A stretch of DNA of 57,613 nucleotides, filler included, from Asterionella formosa (taxonomy: Eukaryota): the NCBI GenBank assembly GCA_002256025.1. It is 4 parts of 4 records of this genome, joined end to end, with 100 filler letters (N's around TTAATTAATTAA, not from the genome) between each part and the next. Parts side by side here need not be neighbours in the genome. Positions count along the whole stretch, not along the records: positions 43,301 to 57,613 come from NKIB01006060.1; 3 more parts are not named here. The stretch is one strand, 5' to 3'. The notes beneath the pieces are model-generated. The model saw only the letters and a program-made list of their open reading frames with translations, was not told where the DNA came from and ran no database searches. Of this stretch, positions 51,041 to 57,613 are shown piece after piece; the stretch's first letter is position 1, and each line of letters starts with the position of its first letter. The position numbers and the translations under genes were made by a program.

Positions 51041-51469
51041 GAAATGGCGATTGTGGCACTTCTCATTTTCGATTTACTTCCATAGGATGTGCTAGTATGC
51101 CGTGATGATAGTTATTACATCAGCAGGGATGCACCAAAACTCAAAGCTATTATTCTCTATCAAATTGCATCCATCTACTAAATTGCTAAGAGTTTTATTG
51201 GTCAAATCAGTCATCATTTTGTTGTACAAAACATCATTTCGATTTGGTTACAACGGAATTTTTTGGGTCAAATCAGACATCTGTAAATATTTTGGAGTGT
51301 ATGGACTGGTGGTGTGCAGAAAAAGTGCGAAATATTGCAAAGAATAGAGGTTATGGAGTGATTGAATTCAATGAAGTCGATAGTCCTCATCTCCTTGGCC
51401 CTTGCCTTTACAACCAATTTTTTATTGCTACATCTATCATTATAGATGCTGTAATCTAGTCGATCGTAA

Positions 51470-52450
51470 AAGGAGAATGCCATTGTGGCACATCTCAATT
51501 TCGACTCACTATGGCAACATACAATGAATGATAAAATATGCAACACCTGTTTCTTAATGAATTTATGAATTCAATTGTTGTCAGCTAATCATCCTTTGAT
51601 TCTTTTCCTTTATTGACCTTGCAAGAGTTTTTGCTGTAGTCTATTTGTTGCCACTCCGAAAAGGAGACGGCCATTGCGGCTCATCTCAATTTTCTAGTGG
51701 TCACTATGGCGACATGCATTGAATGTTAAAATATGCAGCAGCTGTTTCTAAAAGAACAATTTACGAATTCAATCATTGACAACCAATCATCCTTTGGTTC
51801 TTTTTATACATTGTACTTGCTAGAGTTATCGCTGTAGACAATTCGTAGCCGCTCCAAAACAGAGAAGGCCGCCATTGCGGCACATATCAAATTTGACTCA
51901 CTATGGCGACATACAAGGCTAAAATATGCAACAGCTGTTTCTTGACGATTATACGAATTCAATCGTTGACAGCTGATCATCCTTTGCTTCTTTTTATATA
52001 TTGTACTTGCTAGAGTTATCGCTGTAGGCTATTTGTAGCCACTCCGAAAAGGAGACGGCCATTGCGGCACATCTAAATTTCGACTCACTACGGCAACATG
52101 CATTGAATGTTAAAATATGCAACATGATAGCTTTAACGTACTATAAGATTTGATTGATATTTTCGTTATTGCTGTAGACTAGTTGTAGCTGCTCCGAAAC
52201 GGAGAAGGCCATTGCGGTACAACGTCTCAACTTTGACTCACTAGTAGTACTATGGCGACATGCAGGGTTAAAATATGCAACAGCTGTTTCTTAACGAATT
52301 TACGAATTCAATCGTTGTCAGCTCCTCATCCTTTGCTTCTTTTCCTATATTGTACTTGCTAGAGTTATTGCTGTAGTCTTTTGTATCTGCTCCGAAGAGG
52401 AGAAGGCCATTGTGGCACATCTCTTTTCGACTCACTACGGAGACATGCAA
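51470..52450. repeat. Tandem array B, ~190-bp unit, about 5 copies plus a partial
   Basis: CATTG(C/T)GG anchor recurs near 51481, 51672, 51873, 52060, 52210 and 52408, with shared AAAATATGCA, GAATTCAAT and GTACTTGCTAGAGTTAT blocks. Confidence 0.9.
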
Positions 52451-53680
52451 TGCTCAATGATGCTTAACGAGGACCAACGGAGCTTTATTTCTAATCTGGT
52501 AGGCTATTACTGTAAACTCTACAATCAACAATGACTAAACAATATGTCTACAACAGAAACTAATACTACGTGTGCTGAATTCTACTGTGTAAATCTTCCT
52601 CTTGCATGTTTTATTATTTGCCAGTTGAGATCAAAGAAATATGTGGCTTCATAACCAAGTCGTTTGAGAGCATGGACACTAAGAGACCGACATCGGTAAT
52701 GCAACAGTGTTTTGCAACAAAATTTCAATTTCAACAGTCCGGTCCACAGAAATGAAGCATGGCAATAAGGTTCCAATATACCCAACTTGATCTATATCTC
52801 CAATTTTGGCTGTTTGGAAGACCACATTGGAACTGACCACATTGTGCAGCTCATTGCTCTTACAAGTTACATTGCCATTCGCCCCAGTATCCACATGTAT
52901 GAGAGATTCACCATCTCGTAAGAGGGCGGTATTTTCAAGGGAAGCTGTGATCAAGGTGGATGGAGAATGAGGTAGTGACAAAGGGGGGTGCAAGATGATC
53001 TCAGTGGAGTCATTAGATGAATGGGTAAGATCAAAAAATTTCATGTCATGCACATCTCTGATATGATTTACAAAAGCCACCATTCGATTTTATTGTCCAT
53101 GATTATCGCAGCTATAAAGATGAGGACCAGTGTCCAAAGGGAGTTGTGTATGGTCCTCCTGTGCAGCAGTCAAGTGAACTTCTTCAAGAAGGGATTCAAG
53201 AGGGGAAGAAATGATTTCATTGACATCCAGTGAATGGTTGTAGATAGCATGAACACTGAGTGGGTGAGGGGAAGGATTGGTGTATGGCTGATGAGTGCGG
53301 GGGAGGGGAAATATGTGTAGGACCATAAAAAGATGGTAGTATTCTGGACTGCCTGCTTTGCTTCTTTTGCTTTGATTAACAATTCTTTCCTGTTGTCATA
53401 TAGTCCATTGAGATGAAGCAGTGGTAGAAGGAGAGGTAGCTTGAATGTAGGAGTGATGATGGGAGCAGCAACGACAAATAAAATACATAGGGTCAGGTTT
53501 TGCTAATTCTAGGCCTACGGGGTCTACCTCATGTCCCCTCATTCAAGCAAATATTGGTGGTAATATTAAATTTGCTCAATAACCGGTATTGCATAGAATT
53601 TACTACTGGTATTTAATTGTTGCTTTAATTCCGACAAATGAAGACGAAATTGTTTCAGCCTAAAAATTACGAGGCTTTAT

Positions 53681-53830
53681 GTTTTGCCCATGACTTTTTG
53701 CTTTTGCTCTAACCTTATCGTTTTTGCTCTATCCCGAACTTTTTTGCTCAATTGCTAAATTTTTTGCTCACTACACGAAAATTTTGCTCATTGCTCCGAG
53801 CATTTGCTCATCGTTAAAAAAATTTGCTCA
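53681..53830. repeat. Phased array: TTTGCTC core every 20 bp with variable spacers
   Basis: GCTC starts at 53706, 53726, 53746, 53766, 53786, 53806 and 53826, with the variant GCCC at 53686. Confidence 0.9.
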
Positions 53831-54374
53831 CTGTAAGTTGGCTCGGTTTAGCAGTTATTATCTTTTCGTAATGGAGGTTATAATTTGAATTTGCTTAAGA
53901 AAAAACCATTGGCTAGCTAGAAAGTCAGTTGACTCCATCGGTCCATTATGGCTTCGATGCCCTGCAGGCGGGCTGAAACCAAAAAAGCGCACAGAAGGCG
54001 CAATTACCGCATCTTCCAGATACTCGTACACAGGTTTACTTGTAACGATCGATGCAACAAAAAATACTCAAGAATCAGAAGGATTGGCGACGAAAACAAA
54101 AACTAAAACAAAACCAAAACGCCGATCTTGATATGTTGCGAATGAAAGGAAGGCAAACTTAGAATGCCAAATAATACTCTTTTACTCAATACAATTGTCT
54201 ACTGCTGCTGTGTACTACTAGTGTAGTAGTTTATATCTATACATGATGGACATACTAGTGATTTATAAAAATTTGCGGGAAAGCAAGATAAATTTTCACT
54301 TTCCTATAAATAGTAAGAGGCAAGTGCATGATTCCATGTATATTGCATGGCACTCTTATAAACATCTTACCTAG

Positions 54375-54604
54375 GGGAATGGCTTAGTGGTTAGCACACT
54401 CACTGTGGTGGCGGGTTCGATTCCTGCATTCTCCACCTGTCTTTTTCATGTAGTCCCTAGGGTTCCGGGGGGTGCGACTGACGAAAATACAGGAGGTCCC
54501 ATTGTACAACCGTACGGACAAATTGTGTCCATTTATTTGGTGGGCCCGACTGCAATTATTGAATAGCTTTAATATACTAAAAAATTTAATTGAAATTTTT
54601 TATT
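54375..54604 (+). mobile_element. tRNA-derived SINE-like element (body type A) with ~14-bp TSD
   Basis: A box TGGCTTAGTGG and B box GGTTCGATTCC; body homologous to 39462-39694; flanks AACATCT(T/A)ACCTAG at 54361-54374 and 54605-54618. Confidence 0.82.
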
Positions 54605-55448
54605 AACATCTAACCTAGTATGAGGCAAGAATTTAACAGTTCCTGGCACCAGAACAAGCCGATCACCTATTTTGTCACTTCCATCAGGTCCTCTTTGAGG
54701 TGAGGTATGATAAAAGAGTCCTCTTCGAGGTATGATCAAAGAAGTAGAAATGTGAATAAATGAAGGCAGTCCCCAACATTGAACTAGGAGGAGTGAATGG
54801 AGCTGGATGGCTGAAAGGCAGAAAGGTCCGGAAAAACACGTTTCAAGCTAAATTTCTCGATTAAGTGAGCTTCTACAGGTACCGGTACATATTTTTTATT
54901 CATACGACCGCTCTATACCGGTACTCTCTTCATAGATACCTTGTACCATGCTTTGACTCTTTTGTTGAACCATGGGACATGAATGATACGAACGCAGAAT
55001 TTGTATTTTTATCAAATACCGGTAATTACCGGTATTTATCTCTCCATGCTGGTGTAGCTGATACTAAATGGCAAATGACGCACGTACAAATGATCTCCGG
55101 CCTCCTGAAATCAAAATGCGATCCTTCTCATTTTGTTCCATCACAGACGTACGTAGTGTGTCACCCTCATAAATATGAATTTCTTCTGAATATATCTATC
55201 ATGTCTTGTTCGGAGACGAAGTTTGTAGGCACAAAACGCTGGTTCCACAGTCCCTGGTAGCACTTCATAAAAATGATTTGAACGAGTCACAGAATAAAGC
55301 AGAGCACAACAGAAAGAATACTTTCATTGTAGCAGATTCCAATTTCACATCCTTTCATATATTTCTTTCCCAATCAACAACAACAACAACAACTCTAAGT
55401 AAAAGTTTGTTCATGCACACACACACACACACTCCAATAATCAGCACA

Positions 55449-56180
55449 ATGAGCCGTCCAGAAATACGAGAGAAGAAGAATATGAAGGTAGACAAGAATG
55501 AAAGAGAAGAGAAGCCAAAATCAACAATCACAAGCACCAGCAGCAATCAAGTTCCAAAACGAAAGCTCGTGGACTATACGAAACAACGACGCAATGATAT
55601 GGTCAGTACAAGCACAATGTTGGTTGCTGAGAAATTCACGAAAGTAACAACGGCTCAACAACAAGTTCCAAAACGAAAGCTCGTGGACTATACGAAGCAA
55701 CGATGCAATGATATGGTCAGTACGAGTACTATGGTGGTTGCTGAGAAATTCACGAAAGTACCGACGTATCAACAACCATCGAAGCTTTGGAAAGGAGGAG
55801 GACACTGTGATGCCGATGACAATATTGTCCATTTTCTTTTTCCGATACGTCGCCTCGATCGAACTCGTTGCATGTCAAGAGCCGAGCTCGTTGAAACATT
55901 TCATCGACGACGATCCAGTGTTGTTTCCAACAACAGTAGTATCGGTACGGCTGGTAGGGAGGAGGCAGATTCTCAAGAACATCCAGGTGGTAAAGCTAAT
56001 GGAACTGTGATGATGATGCGAAGGCGATCGTCGTCGTGTGGTGCTGGTGGTAGGGAATTCATTAGAGGAACCATGGGAAAACGTGTTAGTATAATTTCCT
56101 GTATTCTACGAGATTGCGACAAGTATGATGACAGCTTAGAATGGTCAACAACATCATGGAACGCTGCTGCTGATGAATAA
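55449..56180 (+). CDS. Hypothetical basic, low-complexity protein with an internal 38-aa duplication
   Basis: Open frame of 243 codons from ATG 55449 after CAA/CA-rich leader sequence; in-frame 114-bp tandem duplication; no recognisable domain. Confidence 0.5.
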   Translation: MSRPEIREKKNMKVDKNEREEKPKSTITSTSSNQVPKRKLVDYTKQRRNDMVSTSTMLVAEKFTKVTTAQQQVPKRKLVDYTKQRCNDMVSTSTMVVAEKFTKVPTYQQPSKLWKGGGHCDADDNIVHFLFPIRRLDRTRCMSRAELVETFHRRRSSVVSNNSSIGTAGREEADSQEHPGGKANGTVMMMRRRSSSCGAGGREFIRGTMGKRVSIISCILRDCDKYDDSLEWSTTSWNAAADE

Positions 56181-56372
56181 TCTAGGATACCTGTAGTTAA
56201 AGTGAATCAACTAAAGTTTATAATATTTTTCAAACAGTTGCATACATTATCAACAGGTAATGGGGAGAGCTATCAACCATACCCTTGAAGGAGGCTACCA
56301 GTACTCCCAATGGAAGTTGACTTTTTGCGTTTCTTGGGCATTGCTTAGCTCAAGTATTTCTTTGGACCATAG

Positions 56373-56520
56373 AGGGGTTGCTCAGTTGGTTAGCACGCCT
56401 TCATAGGTGGTGGGTTTGATTTCTGCATTCTCCACCTGTCTTTCTTTTTAATGTAGTTCCTAGGGTTTCAGGGGTGGGGCTACTAAATTAATGAGACAGA
56501 TTCCCATTGTACCATACAGA
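56373..56520 (+). mobile_element. Third, more diverged copy of the type A SINE head and 5' body; 3' extent uncertain (possibly to ~56885)
   Basis: GGGGTTGCTCAGTTGGTTAGCAC..GGTTTGATTTCTGCATTCTCCACCTGTC..ATGTAGTTCCTAGGGTT..CCCATTGTACCATAC matches the other two copies; no convincing TSD. Confidence 0.75.
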
Positions 56521-57613
56521 TGTTAGGATGATCCTGAATTGGTAATCATCAAGTACATACGTACATGAACATCAAGGCAGACTGTGCCAGGAACAAGCGC
56601 TGAACCTTCTAGCAAAAGAGTAGCCTTGGTTAAAACGCTTAAGGTTGCGGCCCTGGCTTAACCTTAGTTTGGAGAAGATGTTGCTAGGGTTGGAAAAAGT
56701 GCATGGAACAAGGAGTTTGCTTCCCATGATTTGAGTGTCCATTTGAATATTTGAATTAAATAGGAATCGGCGCCAAATTAATAAAGTTCTATTTTAAACA
56801 AACATGATATTTAAACATCTTTATTATATCTATGTTGCTGAATGTAGACATAATTTTGTTCAATGCCAAAAAACATACTAGTATATAAATCAGAAGTATT
56901 CCAACATGTATACTAATGGTTCGTGTTTATACGTTTATATTTAATCTACATTGCTGTATGTATTTCTCTTTCTCCATACCCAAAGGCATACCATACACAA
57001 AAATCAGTACTACTGGAGTACCAGGCATACGAATAGCACATAATCTTGGTTCATGATGGTGGAAAGGATGAAACTAGAAGTGATTTTACCTACCGGTATA
57101 CAGTACACCTAATACATGTGGTTCAAGTTTGGCTGGCGTGATTTTACAAGTCCGAAATACTTCAGACAGGAAGAGAGGAAAATAAAGTGGTTCTCGCGGA
57201 AAATGTTCTGGTTGACATGTATCAGTATGGTCATTGCGAGAAAGGAAATGGTCAGCATGAGTTTGTGTACTTGACAATGGAAGGAGGAGGAGTCAGCCAA
57301 GCCTGAGTTTCCAACTGGAAAGAATGCATCTTTGTGGGTGGATACATATGTTGCAAAGCGATTGAGTGGTGGGAGGAAGGATGACAATATAGTCATTGAT
57401 GAAATTTTCACAAAAGTGATGACACATTCTTCTGCCAATAAAATAAATACGACTTTGGTGAAAAGCCAAGGAAAAGTGACAATATAGCAGATGAATCTCG
57501 CTGTTCCATCTCACTTTATGATAGCAATCAACAGCATGTTTCTGGATTTGTTGATTGGTGGACCGCTGGCGATGCCTGTCTTCTTTTTGCACCAAGTGGC
57601 AAATCCAGCAATA

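Larger units (their letters stand above)
48815..54270 (-). mobile_element. Heavily degenerate Copia element: 3' LTR 48815-48946, RT/RNase H ~49000-50070, protease ~52600-52950, 5' LTR remnant ~54240-54270
   Basis: TGTTA..TAACA LTR after the PPT-like TAAGGGA; RH-like FADANFG..RKQSTTA..NLADHLTK; RT LCQWTRLDIQTAVQRLAQYQNAPG; protease HVDTGANG. ATACATGATGGACATACTAGTGATTTATAA occurs at ~48915 and ~54239. Confidence 0.75.

Noticed and set aside
50070..52450. CRISPR array
   Set aside because: Units are homologous over their whole ~190 bp with no unique spacers; no cas genes; eukaryotic context.
54375..54445. Functional tRNA gene
   Set aside because: A and B boxes are present but the anticodon arm is shortened. 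The head runs into a conserved non-tRNA body with TSDs, so it is better explained as a SINE.
57086..57613. Minus-strand ORFs at the window end
   Set aside because: No recognisable domain; the plus strand looks like interrupted coding sequence but cannot be assigned.

Overview
Eukaryotic nuclear DNA, very probably from a diatom (inferred from short GT-AG introns, a plastid-type bipartite presequence, diatom-type Copia elements and an LRR family typical of diatoms). The window is four contigs joined by artificial N-TTAATTAATTAA-N linkers, plus one plain N gap. Apparently intact genes: LSM6, a GNAT acetyltransferase, a GT77-like glycosyltransferase, a FAD4-like desaturase, an RmlD-like SDR, ATAD3, GRASP, a membrane LRR protein and a hypothetical protein; a PqiA-like gene is cut by a gap. 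A second GT77 paralog is frameshifted by a 5-bp duplication. Much of the remaining sequence is transposon-derived: a near-complete PIF/Harbinger element with TIRs, an older Harbinger relic, several Copia families with LTRs and a Crypton-like tyrosine recombinase relic. The signals not visible in the ORF track are: (i) four tRNA-headed SINE-like insertions with different bodies, three of them flanked by 14-19 bp target-site duplications; (ii) an exactly 20-bp-phased TTTGCTC array with variable spacers; (iii) two adjacent ~190-bp satellite arrays inside a Copia element; (iv) a recurrent TACCGGTA palindrome near gene starts. All family assignments come from motif recognition by eye, not database searches.
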